From Tubiluchus corallicola (lineage: Eukaryota; Animalia; Priapulida), in the NCBI GenBank assembly GCA_030141605.1, contig JAQGDQ010000828.1:27148-91147 (forward strand): a stretch of 64,000 bases of DNA. The letters run 5' to 3'. How positions within the stretch are numbered: the first letter of the stretch is position 1; the number at the start of each line of letters is the position of its first letter. Positions 1 to 14,786 of the stretch are shown one piece after another. Under the pieces are notes generated by a model that did no database searches, was not told the origin of the DNA, and was given only the letters and a program-made list of their open reading frames with translations. The translations under genes and the position numbers were made by a program.

Positions 1-2250
1 ACTCCCCCTACACACAAGCCGCCACTGGATACAGTAGCTTTCTGCTGTGTCATTAAGGTCCGTACTCCCCCTATACATGAGCCACCACTGGATACAGTAG
101 CTTTCTGCTGTGTCATTAAGGTCGGTTACTCCCCCTATACACGAGCAGCCACTGGATACAGTAGCTTTCTGCTGTTTCATTAAGGTCCGTACTCCCCCTA
201 TACACGAGCAGCCACTGGATACAGTAGCTTTCTGCTGTGTCATTAAGGTCGGTTACTCCCCCTATACACGAGCCGCCACCGGACACAGTAGCTTTCTGCT
301 GTGTCATTAAGGTCCGTACTCCCCCTATACACGAGCAGCCACTGGATACAGTAGCTTTCTGCTGTGTCATTAAGGTCGGTTACTCCCCCTATACACGAGC
401 CGCCACCGGACACAGTAGCTTTCTGCTGTGTCATTAAGGTCCGTACTCCCCCTATACACAAGCCGCCACTGGATACAGTAGCTTTCTGCTGTTTCATTAA
501 GGTCCGTACTCCCCCTACACACAAGCCGCCACTGGATACAGTAGCTTTCTGCTGTGTCATTAAGGTCCGTACTCCCCCTATACATGAGCCACCACTGGAT
601 ACAGTAGCTTTCTGCTGTGTCATTAAGGTCGGTTACTCCCCCTATACACGAGCAGCCACTGGATACAGTAGCTTTCTGCTGTGTCATTAAGGTCCGTACT
701 CCCCCTATACATGAGCCACCACTGGATACAGTAGCTTTCTGCTGTGTCATTAAGGTCCGTTACTCCCTCTATACACGAGCAGCCACTGGATACAGTAGCT
801 TTCTGCTGTTTCATTAAGGTCCGTACTCCCCCTATACACGAGCAGCCACTGGATACAGTAGCTTTCTGCTGTGTCATTAAGGTCCGTACTCCCCCTATAC
901 ACGAGCTGCCACAGGATACAGTAGCTTTCTGCTGTGTCATTAAGGTCCGTACTCCCCCTATACACGAGCCGCCACCGGATACAGTAGCTTTCTGCTGTGT
1001 CATTAAGGTCCGTACTCCCCCTACACACGAGCCGCCACTGTATACAGTAGCTTTCTGCTGTGTCATTAAGGTCCGTACTCCCCCTATACACGAGCCGCCA
1101 CAGGATACAGTAGCTTTCTGCTGTGTCATTAAGGTCCGTACTCCCCCTATACACGAGCCGCCACCGGATACAGTAGCTTTCTGCTGTGTCATTAAGGTCC
1201 GTACTCCCCCTACACACGAGCCGCCACTGGATGCAGTAGCTTTCTGCTGTTTCATTAAGGTCCGTACTCCCCCTATACACGAGCCGCCACAGGATACAGT
1301 AGCTTTCTGTTGTGTCATTAAGGTCCGTACTCCCCCTATACACGAGCCGCCACCGGATACAGTAGCTTTATGCTGTGTCATTAAGGTCCGTACTCCCCCT
1401 ACACACGAGCCGCCACTGTATACAGTAGCTTTCTGCTGTGTCATTAAGGTCCGTACTCCCCCTATACACGAGCCGCCACAGGATACAGTAGCTTTCTGCT
1501 GTGTCATTAAGGTCCGTACTCCCCCTATACACGAGCCGCCACCGGATACAGTAGCTTTCTGCTGTGTCATTAAGGTCCGTACTCCCCCTATACACGAGCC
1601 GCCACTGTATACAGTAGCTTTCTGCTGTGTCATTAAGGTCCGTACTCCCCCTACACACGAGCCGCCACTGGATACAGTAGCTTTCTGCTGTGTCATTAAG
1701 GTCCGTACTCCCCCTACACACGAGCCGCCACTGGATACAGTAGCTTTCTGCTGTGTCATTAAGGTCCGTACTCCCCCTATACACGAGCCGCCACAGGATA
1801 CAGTAGCTTTCTGCTGTGTCATTAAGGTCCGTACTCCCCCTATACACGAGCCGCCACCGGATACAGTAGCTTTCTGCTGTGTCATTAAGGTCCGTACTCG
1901 CCCTACACACGAGCCGCCACTGTATACAGTAGCTTTCTGCTGTGTCATTAAGGTCCGTACTCGCCCTACACACGAGCCGCCATTGGATACAGTAGCTTTC
2001 TGCTGTGTCATTAAGGTCCGTACTCCCCCTACACACGAGCCGCCACTGGATACAGTAGCTTTCTGCTGTGTCATTAAGGTCCGTACTCCCCCTATACACG
2101 AGCCGCCACTGGATACAGTAGCTTTCTGCTGTGTCATTAAGGTCCGTACTCCCCCTATACACGAGCCGCCACTGGATACAGTAGCTTTCTGCTGTGTCAT
2201 TAAGGTCCGTACTCCCCCTACACACGAGCCACCACTGGATACAGTTGCTT
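1..2250. repeat. 63-bp minisatellite, about 35 copies, running off the left edge
   Basis: Unit ggatacagtagctttctgctgtgtcattaaggtccgtactccccctatacacgagccgccact; some 64-bp variants (ggtcggttac). The long ORFs here are repeat artefacts. Confidence 0.97.
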
Positions 2251-3387
2251 TGTCATTACAGATGATTGTTTTGACTCAGCAGTCATTTTTAATGCTAGAA
2301 AGGAATCTAATGTACTAATTATTCCTTTTCAGCTCGCTTTTAAGCATTGAAAACATCGGCTAAGTCAAAACAATAGTCTTCGCTTAACTAACACGTTGAG
2401 TTTTTGTGAAATTTGGAAGTACGGTCAAACTTTGGCATACTGGCCTAATGCCAACTTTTTTTTGGTCCTTGGTATAAACAGATTTGACTGTACATTGTAT
2501 AACATGCAGTGAGATGAATGATAAATGAATTTAGATCTCCTTTGAGGCCTCCAAAAGTTGCTTAAATACAGGGAAATACATTAGTGGCCGGGGCTCCTCC
2601 CCGGAACCCGCTGGGGGAGTCTACAGACCCCCCAAACCTCCTAGCTCTTTGTGCATCAAATTTTAGTTTAAACTCTAGCACCAGCCATGTGGGTGAATGA
2701 TATCGGGATATGATAGATGTGACAATGAAGTGTATGATTAATGATACTCAGATATCGGCTCTACAAATTTATTAAACTTTTTGATGCTCTTAGCTGAAAA
2801 CTCGGTTAATCGATGCCTCGAGTTATTTGCACCACAATTACAAAGGCTTCTCAAAATGGAAGATTTCCTATTATGGAATGCCTAATACTGGATAGAAGTC
2901 TTAATGATTTTACAAACACAGAAGGTTTTAGTTCGTTATTATTTCATGTTCCCTCATTAAGAGAAGCATCACCCCTCACAATCATTAATCTAATAGCTAA
3001 TTTACTGAGAAGAAAGGTGCTGGAAAATTATGAAGAAAGCAAGATTTGAACCCAGAGCTTTGCATTTATAACTTGCGTGACCTAAACAGAGAAAAGTGAA
3101 ACATTAAGTGTCAGTGGAAGCTTTTGTGTGAATGAAATAAAATTGCTTTTCAAAATTCATGGTTTAAAGAGAATTCTGTCTCTACATTACATTATCAAAT
3201 TTTTAACAGCAGGTGGTACCACATGCTTAGTGTAATGTACCACAACAAAGTATTTACAATACCTACATTTCACCATTACTGTAAAACTAAGACACCTAAT
3301 TTAAATCATCCAAGTAAAATGTAAATTCTGTTTTCTTCCATTTTAGTTCAAAACTTCTTCTGATTTTTTTGTTAATTTTTCTTTTAG

Positions 3388-5706
3388 ATAAAAGATGTTG
3401 ATAGTATGTGGGATTACTTATTTAACACATTAGAACCGAGTTTATTTGTGGATAATAATAGTGATCCAGTTGCTCCTGGATTCACCCGCGACTCCACCAC
3501 CTGGCTTGTGGGCGTGGTCAGACTTAGACAACTTCGTGTAACTAAAGGTTTTTACTTAAGCTGTACAATAGTTTATTCAATATGTTGACTCAATATAAGT
3601 GACATGTTTTGTGTAAGTTACTAAGTTATACTACTTAACTGTCAGCCAGTCATGACTGGAATCATTTTTTGGCTCTCCTTTTTTCATAACAGGCAGTTAA
3701 ATTTTTTCTTGTATGCTTTTTGTTTTTAATAAAAATCATTGATTACAATACAACTCTGAAACCTGTTATATGTGAAGAAAGGTTTTCTAGTGCCTCCTGT
3801 ATGTGGGTGTTCCACTTGTTCACAAAACCCTGTATTTATCATCCTATTTCGTGTCGTTACTTTTAGTTAAAACTTCAAAAAACTTCTCAGTTTACAACAA
3901 TTACATGTGCAGGTCACATTTGCTTGAGACGTGGTTGATCGTTCATGATAAAACATTTTTAACTTGTTATTACAAAAAGGAAAGATTACAAAGTTGGAAT
4001 TATTGTAATAAGCTGATTTCATTTCTTGGCAAATTTGCTCTTTAGGTTTGTGTAAACCTCCTCAGATAGTACAACCATTTGGACGGCAATGTGTCGGGAA
4101 CTATTACTGGCCGCTGCAGGATAAGGTGTCGTACCGTTCCGGGTGGCGCTACCGACAGTACCCGAGGTATCCTCCCGATAAGTGGACTTTCCAATCAACT
4201 ACAGAGTTACAGACTTTGCCATTAGTAGGCAAGTTGTCTTAAATGTTGTTCATTTTTATCACCAGGTGCCAAAGCAGAAATACAAGTTTATCAGATGTCC
4301 TATGATTAAGTATGGTTTGTGGTTTAATTGGATACTCTGCATAGCACTTGATGCAAAGATGAATACTTTAACTGCCGTCGTTCTCACGTAAACAGTTAAA
4401 ATGTTTGAAAAATGTATTTTAATCATCAAATTACGCTTAACTATGACTTAGATTAACTCCAAGAACTATTACTATTACAGCAGCGTGGTAAACAAATGCA
4501 TTGTTTGGTCTGGATAAAGTTGTTAGGTTCACTGAACCTTTGACTTTTTCACGATCTTCATCAATCACTGGATCTGTGATAATGGTTATTATTGTCTAAT
4601 TATTAATTATTTTCGCAGGTCGTTTTGCTCTGTACAGTGGCGGAGGCTACGTACAAGAACTAACACGCAACACGACCGTAAACAGACAAATATTCAACCG
4701 CCTGATTAACTCGCGCTGGATCGATGACCAAACTCGTGTTGTGATGATCGAATTCACTCTCTTCAGTGTTAATTCACAGCTATTCAGCATCGTCAATCTG
4801 ATGGTGGAGTTCCACGGGACAGGTGGAATTTTCCCCTATCAGTCCATATTCACTCTGAACCTATACAAGTACGTTCAGTCGAATGCTTTGTCTCTACTTG
4901 CAAGCGAGGTGATCTATGTCTTGCTTCTGCTTATTTTCATCTACCGTGAAATCAAGAAGATTTATAACAAACGAATGGAATACTTCAGCAAATTCTGGAA
5001 CTGGTTGGATCTTGCCATTGTGCTGCTATCCATCGTATGCATCATCTTGTTCACAAAAAAGGCGATAGTCGTGAGAAAATTACTAGAGCGGTACTCCGAA
5101 AGTGATAAATCCGTGTTCATCAGCTTCTACGAAGCCGCATTGTTAGATTTCTCGCTGACGTGTGGGTTGGCGTGGTTGGTCATCTTGGTAACCATCAAAC
5201 TGTGGCATGTTCTCATCTTTAACCGTACCATGTCATTGTATTTTTTCAGTCTAGCGCTGTCGATAAAACCGCTGTTGCATTTTTGTTTGTTTCTGCTTTT
5301 TACCTTACTACCGTTTGCAATGTTTGGGATGTTAGTATTTGGTCTGGAAGCGAGGCAATTCACCACATTCATCTTGAGTCTTGAAACTCTGTTTAACATG
5401 ATCGTGCGAGGTGGAGAGTTCAGCGTTTTCCATGCTGCTCATTCGAAACTTGGCCCGCTCTTTTTCACCATTTACACGATGTTCTCTCTCATATACGTGT
5501 TGGGTATATTCAAGGTACTTCTTATGCATTCGTACGACTCCATGGTGAAACAGATGAAACATAAACGACATTACGACATTGCTGAGTACATAGCCAAACG
5601 AGTGTCTTCACTCACACGATTCAATCAAATCAAGCAAGCTCGAATGAGACGTCGACAGTCAAGAAAAATTAGTCAATCGCTGGATATTGAAGAAATTTAT
5701 GCTTGA
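3388..5706 (+). CDS. Polycystin-family (PKD1-like) cation-channel gene, 3' exons join(3388..3547,4046..4228,4619..5706); 5' exons not identified
   Basis: Motifs MWDYL, GVVRLRQLRV, LYSGGGY, WIDDQTRVVMIEFT, FWNWLD and several TM helices. AG acceptors and phase-1 junctions give one continuous frame to TGA at 5706. Confidence 0.88.
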
Positions 5707-6544
5707 ACCTTAATTGTGCTTAAGTTAATTTTTGTAGCTGCAACAAAGCATTTGGATATATATATATATATATATATAAACTGTGATGTGTAGGCTAGGT
5801 TTTAATATAAGGGCATCCATTACACACACACACGTATTATGGAAGGGTGCGATTTTTCAAAATTTATGTGGAACCGAAAATTAACTAGCTTTACATTGTA
5901 ATTATCTAACATTGCAAAATAGTTAGTATTCAGCATCGCATAATTTTCGACATAATTCTTGTGTTAAGCTGGTTAATTGCACTCAGTTGTGCTTGTTTTA
6001 TTTTCTTTAATGCCGAAAGAAAGAGTTAAAAAGAGTGTGTTAAGTGAGTGACATTTGATGTGCGAATTTGCATGCAGATCCGTGGACTAATTGCCCATTA
6101 ATACAAGTTACACTGAACTTTGTAAAAAACAGCAAACTGCATTACTGAAGATATACATTATTAGCTTACACATACACAGCTTCATAATAGTACTTATACT
6201 AGTATGTAAAAATCAGACACACAATTATCTGCCTCAAATTATCTGGGATAAAATATTACACCTACACAGCAACGTCTCTATGAAGCAAACAGTGTCATCG
6301 GTAACTTTAATATACAGTTATTAGATGTATATTACATATTAAAAAAATACTGAATTTAAATCGAAGCGCTGGGATGAGTTGAATGCCAATAAAGAAACTG
6401 ACCAATGCCCAGTGTCAGTGACCCTTTGTACGACGTTCATCTGTCCTACAAGGGATGGTGACTGTTGCCCACTGCATCTCGGAGTTAACATGGTGGATGC
6501 CTGAGAAAACGCCGTACGTGAAGCTGATGATGATGATGATTTGG

Positions 6545-6660
6545 ACCAGACGCTTTAGTCTAGTGGTAACGTGTCCTCTTTCCGCCTAATACCAAACACT
6601 TTAAAAATGGTACCTGCCTTAGCCTTGTCTGGTGCGTAGTATTTAGGGTAAAAGTGGGTA
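6545..6660 (+). mobile_element. Degenerate tRNA-derived SINE fragment
   Basis: A-box-like tagtctagtggtaa followed by ataccaaacactttaaaaatggtac, which resembles a conserved SINE core as recalled. No B box seen. Confidence 0.35.
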
Positions 6661-6775
6661 AACAATAATCTTTATTTGTTATTTATTTATTTGTCATTTA
6701 CAGTCGGCAAAAAAGTTTTTAAGCTTATGTTACTTGTTAATCAAAAAGCCGGCTTTAAATAAAGATTATTGCAAT

Positions 6776-6890
6776 TATTGTTGTTGTTGTTATTATTATT
6801 ATTATTATCATCATCATCATCATCACCACCATCATCATCATCATCATCATCATCATTATTATTACGGTGATGATGATGATGATGATAATG
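6776..6890. repeat. Compound microsatellite (TTG)n(TTA)n(CAT)n(GAT)n
   Basis: Seen directly. Confidence 0.9.
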
Positions 6891-7520
6891 AAAAAGTCAG
6901 TGTTCGGGTTCTCATATATTTGCGATGCTCGCGGATAAAGTCATCAAAATTATCTTCATGCGATTTTTTCCCCTTTTTTCTTTCACCTGTGTAGAGCGAT
7001 AATTTGAAATGTAGGTCCTTTTACCTAGCGCAATTAATTATGTGCTTTAATTAAGAAATTAATTATGTGCTTTTATTAGTCGCTCTTATAATTAAAGGGA
7101 TGACATTGAACGTTCCCATTCGATTCGAGCGAGTTTTTTTAATTCGAGTTCGACTCGAACTTAAAATTATATATTCGAATAATTGACCACTTCAACTGCG
7201 AACGTTCTTTATCATTAAGACATTTGAAACGTTGTGACGTCACGCAATCAGCACAACTTAGCTGCAATTTCTGCGCGAAATTTTTAAACAAAATGTTAAT
7301 GTTTTTGCTTCAGAAAAAAATCAAGCAGTATGCAAGACCTTTGCGTGAATGCCTTTTATTAATGATTCGAAAATTTACTAGGCTGATTCGTCATCGTTAA
7401 TTGCAGGTTTGATTCGAGCGATTCGATTCGAATTCGCATTTAAGCAAAAAATGCTGACCCTATTGATTATTGATTTTCCATACCTTTTGCGTAATCGCCT
7501 TATCTGTTCTTGTTAGTATA

Positions 7521-7780
7521 TGTGGAAGTTGGAATTGTACATTATAATTAGGTGCTGCCATCTATGAGCTAATCTGGTTACATTCTACCAGCTAACTTAC
7601 CCCCAGTATAATTGTATGGTCCAGTGAATGCATATTCACTGGTCCTCTCCCTATTTTAAAGTAATGGTTATTGTGAAGCCTGTGCAAGTCTGCATAGGTC
7701 ACCTATACCTATATATACTGACTTGTTTTGCTTTCTAGTCACTCTCACTCCAACTCTCAGTGTTCAGTGCAGGACACTAT
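7521..7780 (+). mobile_element. Partial, diverged copy of the TGTGAAAG..CTTTCACA solo-LTR family
   Basis: Starts TGTGGAAGTT. Shares aggtgctgccatcta, ccagtgaatgcatattcactgg and cagtgcaggacact with the copy at 33737..34127. The 3' end may lie at actttccaca (8950), but no TSD was found. Confidence 0.7.
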
Positions 7781-10462
7781 CAAGTTTCTCACTCAATAAT
7801 TTGATCGTATAGTTATTTTGCCGTATCGAGTGATCTTGAATTAATTGATTTGATTGATATTTTAGATTTTTATAGATTTGCTTTCAGGTAATTGATCGGA
7901 TCTCGATTACCCGACTCCGAGGGCTTTAGTTAAGTCGCTAAGGCAATGATCTTGTCCTACACGACTTTCACTTTGACCTTGCGTTGTGAGTCAGGCCTTT
8001 CTCCCTCAAGTTTACAAGCTTCGCTCCCGCAATTGAGCTTTTAAGTACAATGCGAATCTTCTCAAGTTCGTATCTAGGATTTAGTGATGCGTATGCAATT
8101 TACTGTTAACGCTTTTAATCATTCACAAACTCAATGTCTACGTTAATACAGTGAATAGACTTTATTGAACTTACAGTTGCAATTTAGTCACCTCTGGTTC
8201 CAATACAAGATTCGGTCTTATACGCCGGTGGGCGCTTACAACTAATGTCTAGCTCCAGAGAAGATGCTATCCACTTTGAGTAATAACAATTCAATATGCT
8301 GCACTGAAGGTGCTTAACACAACGTAGATGTTACAGCTATTCAGATACTGATACAAATAAGTTGAACCACTTAACTTGTGGATTGACCAATGTACCCCTA
8401 CACTTGGTCAAATCCTGATTGCTTTTCGAGACTACGCCGCACCTGTGCTCAGTCCTTGGCTAAGTATGCAGATTCCTTTCTACGCTGGGCAAACGTTGCT
8501 TCCCATCTTGTAGAAGTTGTCTCGGACACACTGTATGGTAGCAAACCACTGTCAGACTCCCTCTCTCGTGTTGTGACTCTCACGGACGTCACCCCGATGT
8601 GTGTGTTTCTGGAGTATTTCTCCAGAGCTTATATTTTAGAGAGCTGACCTTCGAGATATTGCACCATCTGGCAACATCTGGTCACGTCTGCTACCTCCTG
8701 GACAGCGACTTTCCTTTCACTTCTGATTTTACAACAAGTAATGAGTTTCTTAAATTCCGTCGCCTTTGAGTCTTCTATACTGTCTGGTCGCCATAACTTT
8801 TGATTTCCTTCTAATGTCCGATGAGCACTGATAGAGACCTTGGCTCCCATCATTAAATCGCTCTAGACCTTCTCCTAATTATCTCCTACTCTGCATGTAT
8901 TCTAGTTAAACAATAGTGTCTTCTCGAACACTACACCTGCACTTTCCACAAATCGTGTGACAATTCTAACTCATTAAATTCGAGCTGCCAGCTGGAGGAG
9001 TTTCTTGTTCAACCGTATAAATTTCCTTGATGAAATCAGGGAGGCGTGAGTTTATCATCTGAATCTGATTCATCTGATAACTCCATTAATTATTCACCAA
9101 AATTCATATTCCTAAATTTATTCACAACATAGGCCCATGTCTTAGAAATGAATTATCGCAAAAATAATTATTCTTGTTTTCAACAGCGTATAAAATTCAT
9201 GTAAAAGGCTTTGAAATTAAGCCTAGAAAAATGCTGATCAACACTATTAGGCCTACTCTTCTGTGTAATCATTACATTTAATTCTCAATTTAAAATCATC
9301 CCAAAACATTTCAATACATGCTAACAGACATGTTTGTATGCAAGTTTAGCTTCAGGCTTAAGCCTATAGCTAAATTTGATTCAGGCTCTCTGTGTATTGA
9401 CAGCTTTAGGCCAACGATGCCGTTAATCCACACCTGATTCTTTTACAATATGAAAAATGCTAGAACAATATCATAGATCTTCTACCTTCAATGGTTATAG
9501 AAACGAAAATGGTGCTTGAATTTTTTTAGTCACTCAGAAAACCTAGTCACTCAGTTACTTGTCAATGAACATATGGCTGGTTGCAGGCGAGTAATTTGAA
9601 TAAACTATAGAAATAGATTACCTCTGTCATTTAAAAATCCATTTCAAACATTTAATGGAATACAGTGTGCCATCTGCCGTTAAATGAAAAACCTTAAAAA
9701 GTACAGTCGTTAGTTAGCAGACCTCTAAGCGTTTTGACAACCTGTTTCTTTATTTTTATTCGTTCGTTTATACCTTCACACAATTATTTTACAACATATT
9801 TATACAGAACAGCTATCTGGTTACTGCTCGTCTATTACAACGGGAGTGCAGCAAAATCAAGTAAATTATAACTACTCAGATCAAAATAATAGATAACAAA
9901 AATCAAACTGATAAAATATATGAACGTAAAATTGTTTTTAAACGGTATTTTTAATTTTTTAATAAGTTGAAATGCTAAAACGAAATCTCTTTAGCTGATC
10001 AAACTCAAACCAAAGATGTCCCAACGTCCCAGTAGCCCAAGAATGGAACTGATTCCAGTACCAGTCCAATGGACGAAAGTGAAGGCATGCGCATGCGCAA
10101 TATGCGTTTCTACATGGACTGTCTTTGGTGTAACTAAAAGTTTGATTGGCAGTGAAGAAATGCGGTTAAAATTAGCCTTAGTGCCATAACGTGTTGAAAT
10201 CACATTACACAACGCAATAACGAGAACTTTTATAATGTGACGTCACGATTATTAATCGATAATGGATAAGACGACGTTATTATTGATTTTTGCGTTGTTC
10301 TTTGTAAAGTTATCGGATAGTTACACAGGAAGCTGGTGGTAGGTTAACAAAATTAAAACTTTTTAAAAACATTGAAGCTGGCTTGGCTGATACTTCTTAG
10401 TCCTGAAAGTTTATTAATGCAGGATTTTTATTTTAGAGGCAATGAAGATCAATAAAGGCTGA

Positions 10463-10570
10463 TTTTAAATTTATAATTTGCCTGAATAGGAATTTTTAAA
10501 GGGCTATGATATATATATATATATCGTGGTTCCTTAAAAATTTCTATTCAGGCAAATTTTAAAATTTAAA
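10463..10570. repeat. Imperfect palindrome (fold-back) centred on (TA)n
   Basis: aatttgcctgaataggaattttta pairs with taaaaatttctattcaggcaaatt around atatatatat. Confidence 0.8.
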
Positions 10571-12257
10571 TATATATATATAAGGGTAACGAACTGCAGT
10601 GAATCAGAGCAGTGAAATTTATTATACGTATATAGGAAAAAGAGTGATATATATATATATATGTATGTATGTATACATATGCAACTGCTTGAGAATGCAT
10701 ATTAGAAGATGATGTTATTGTGACTAAACAAAAAAGCAAACAATCTTTATTGTAGCTCTTGGTACAGTTTTATCTACGTTATTAAATCACTACATTACTA
10801 CTAATCACTAATTACTTACTCGAATTGCTTAACCTTAAATTCTTTTATTTTTTATTACTCTGATGACTGTCTTTTTGCATAATATAAAAAAGGCTAAAAT
10901 TACAGGCACGAAATATCGAAAATTAGACTTACATAGTTTACATATGACAACTACTAATGATATATACTAATGATTGCTTATTATATTTATTATTTTGCCA
11001 TGCAACCATTTTTGTTTTATACAGGTGTATAATACTATAATTAGAATTTTACAAATAGTATTGTTTTTGTAAATTTTTCTTCATAATACAAATTCCGTAT
11101 AAGGTCGTGACTTCGGACCAATAATAACACTGCAAACAAAAGCAGACATCGTGTATTTAACACGAGCCGTCATTGGAGGTTGTGTAAATACGCTACGGAC
11201 ATTTAATTAAATATTCTATTAATTAAGCCATGGAAACAGCACACAGTCGCATACAACATAATTTATTATAAACTCCTAACCATTAACTGGCGATTATAAA
11301 GGGGCGACAGCCCATTTTATTTTGTTTATTTGATATCTGGCCATTTTTGAAACTTTACGGTTCTGGAAAAATCAAACTGCATGGATATCAATAATTACAT
11401 AAAAGACAAATTAAAATTTAGGCCAAAGTCAATTCAAACTATTTTTCTACTAAGTAAACAAATATCGAGAATTTCGTAAGTTTATAGAAAATATTTCAAG
11501 ACCTATAAGCGAATTCAGTAGGACGTTCAGATGTAGGCTTAGTATTCTAGTTTACTTATAGATTTTGCAAAGTTTACTTCAAGCTACGTAAAATACATCA
11601 CGATTAAAAAATATTCAAGACGGGTGCATGCGGGCGGGTCAAAGGGTGGCTCCCTCTAATTTCGTTAGCCCACGGGCCCAAAAAGGCCATAATCCGGTTC
11701 TGGACCTAATAATTATAGAAATAATCATTTAGCTTTGAAGGAAAAAATAAAAAATGTTTCAGTTTTTCAACATGATACACAAAAGCTGACACTGTCTTAA
11801 CGAATATATGGAAACGTCTAAGCCCGCTAATATCAAGGTGTCAACGTCTCAGTAGGACTGACCACTTGACCCGTGTATTTTCCATTCTTGTTGAAAAATG
11901 TAAATTTGATGTGCCATTGTTAACTCTCAAATTTGTTGTCGGCGCTTAAATAATTTTGACACCCCATTCCTTCTGTTCTCACACAGCTCACACATACATC
12001 ACACTAACATCACATTTACATCACACATACATTACAGGTATTATTTGTATTCGTTCATGCAATTTTGACACCCCGTTCCTTCTGTTCTCAGACAGCTCAC
12101 ACAAACTCTTTCACTAATAAAACTAATTCCAAAATTATTATGTTTTTTATAAAGTAAATTTACAGGCTAGTTGCCGGAGGCTGAAGCAATTGTCTGTTTT
12201 CGTTTTCTCCCTATAGGCCTAAACCCAACTCCATTCTGACTTTATTATGAATGATTA

Positions 12258-12420
12258 TGCAAGCCTGTGCAATTATTAACGTCATTCAGCACAGAGCAAC
12301 GCTTGCTTGGCGTGGTTGCAAGCCTGCGCAATTATTAACGTCATTCAGCACAGAGCAACGCTTGCTAGGCGTGGTTGCAAGCCTGTGCAATTATTAACGT
12401 CATTCAGCATAGAGCAACGC
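12258..12420. repeat. 59-bp tandem repeat, about 2.8 copies
   Basis: tgcaagcctgtgcaattattaacgtcattcagcacagagcaacgc repeated. Confidence 0.9.
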
Positions 12421-12985
12421 TACTTCGTTAGTTGCAAATTAAAGGGTAAGAGAAATAAACGTCCATCTGTAGACGTTGCAGTGGACGCAATAACTTCGTC
12501 TGAGCAGATAAAATCAAGTGATACTACACTCTGTGTTGTAGAATTAATTTGAACAATAAAACTTAAAACTCTATTCGATAATAAACTTAATTTTGGATGG
12601 CGAGAGCGTGCAACTATAGGTGCAACAATAAAATATAGAAGAAACTGGGCTACTGCACCAATAAGAGTTTTAATTCAAATCTTTCATTATTATTAACACC
12701 ATTTATATTAGAAGACTCGTGAATGGTCTAAAATGGTTGTGTTCAGTTCCAAGTTTCTACTGCTGTTCTACTTAAATGGCAATATTTAAGTTCTATTTTA
12801 AGTAAAAGCGTGAAAAAGTATCGACTAAAGGCTTGACAAGCTAATAGGGCTGTCTAACATGTAAGCATGATAGGTGGGTTACACAATACACGTTATCATA
12901 CAGCAAGTCAAGTAATGGAAATTCTTGGCAAGATTATCTTACACACAAACGATGGATCCCCCGTAAGATGCATTTATAGACTGCT

Positions 12986-13790
12986 TGTGAAAGTCATGTT
13001 TAAGGTTGTAGTTGAACACTTTGTAGAAAACGAATAAAACACTATACTACATATTTGCACAAAACTGAAAAGCGTTTATTAGACTAGATACACATATGTA
13101 GAATGACTGCTACACTGAACACTGAGAACAAGAGTGTCCTGCACTGAACACTGAGAGTTAGACAGTAAGTAACATAAGTATCACGACTGCTGCACTGCAT
13201 TGAGAGTGTGAGTTACATGAGTATCACGACTGCTGCACTGCATTGAGAGTGTGAGTTACATGAGTATCACGACTGCACTGCATTGAGAGTGTGAGTTACA
13301 TGAGTATCACGACTGCACTGCACTGAGAGTGTGAGTCACATGAGTATCACGACTGCGCTGCATTGAGAGTGTGAGTTACATGAGTATCACGACTGCGCTG
13401 CATTGAGAGTGTGAGTTACATGAGTATCACGACTGCACTGCACTGAGAGTGTGAGTCACATGAGTATCACGACTGCGCTGCATTGAGAGTGTGAGTCACA
13501 TGAGTATCACGACTGCGCTGCATTGAGAGTGTGAGTCACATGAGTATCACGACTGCGCTGCATTGAGAGTTAGACAGTGACTTGAAGTAGAATCAAGTCA
13601 GTACATAGGTATGGGAAATTAAGCAAACTTGGCTTCACAAAAACCATTACTGTAAAATATGGAGAGATCCAGTGAGTATGCATATTCACTGGACCGAACA
13701 ATTATACTAGGGGTGAGTTTAGCTAGTAAAATGTAAAGGGATTAGTTAATAGATGGCAGCACCTAAAAATATACAGTTACAATTTCCACA
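12986..13790 (-). mobile_element. Solo LTR with 5-bp TSD CTGCT and an internal 40-bp minisatellite (about 13175..13570)
   Basis: TGTGAAAG...TTTCCACA termini with ctgct on both flanks; homologous to 20195..20631. Confidence 0.85.
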
Positions 13791-14786
13791 CTGCTGATTG
13801 CAGCTGAGCGGTCAAAATTGGCTGTTTCTCTACTTCTTTAGTCAGTTATCCAATATTATTAATGGCTAAATTAGTCACAAGTCAATGTAAATTCTTGCAG
13901 TTATAAGAAAACACATATCTGCAACTGCTTGGTAAAGTCATTTGAATGTAAGAAACAAGGCTGTAGGCCCTAATCTGTTGTAAAATCCAATAAAAATCTT
14001 TAAAACCAAACATTCAGTTTTAAAAACTTTTCATAAGGGTGTTTCTAATATGCTTATTTCAGTTGTACTAAGACTTTACAACTCTCTGTGCGCAAGCCCA
14101 ATTCTGCTAGTGAACTTGGAAGCAACTAATAACTAGCATTTCAAACAAACTGGCAAAAGTAAATTAACGTGCAACGTATGTGTGCCTAACATGTAACAAA
14201 GCGTTCGCTTTCCGTCTAGGAGGTCGTGAGTTCGATACAGTAGTTTTTTGCTAATAGATATCAATTAATTAACTTATTAATTGCCGACTACGAGAGCTTA
14301 GGCCTGGTGGAAACGGTAGTGATGAATCGTAGATCAACATTGAACCACGAAATATGCGTTGAAGTAAATCTTTTCTCTCATGTTCTCTAGCACGGAATAA
14401 GCCTATATGTTTATTTCACTACAAGTGTGACTAATGACCACTTATCTCGCTCGTTCGCTTGAATAACAGTAATTCCGTTTGGTAACTGCAGGCGTGACCA
14501 GTTCAAGAATACGTTATTGAACAAATTGTTAACAGGTTACAGGTTATTCTACGTCAATAACGAATGATTTCAAGTACAGTAATTTCATACAATCAATAGT
14601 TCACAAATTTAGAATATAGTTCCAAATAATGTAACTTAGTTTTCAATATTGGAACCAAATTTCAGTTCTTATACAAATGCAATCACAGTTTACCTTGCTT
14701 CCTTCACTCAGTGACAGATTTGATCATTTTAACAAAGTTTATCTCAATGGCACGTCATAATAACATGTAATAAACAACTTAACTGT

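Noticed and set aside
110-2318. Long repetitive ORFs (524-525 aa) on both strands
   Set aside because: A 63-bp unit is a multiple of 3 and open in several frames; 64-bp variants break the frame, so this is a satellite artefact.
8060-8900. Possible retroelement internal or coding remnant
   Set aside because: No recognisable protein motif in any frame examined.
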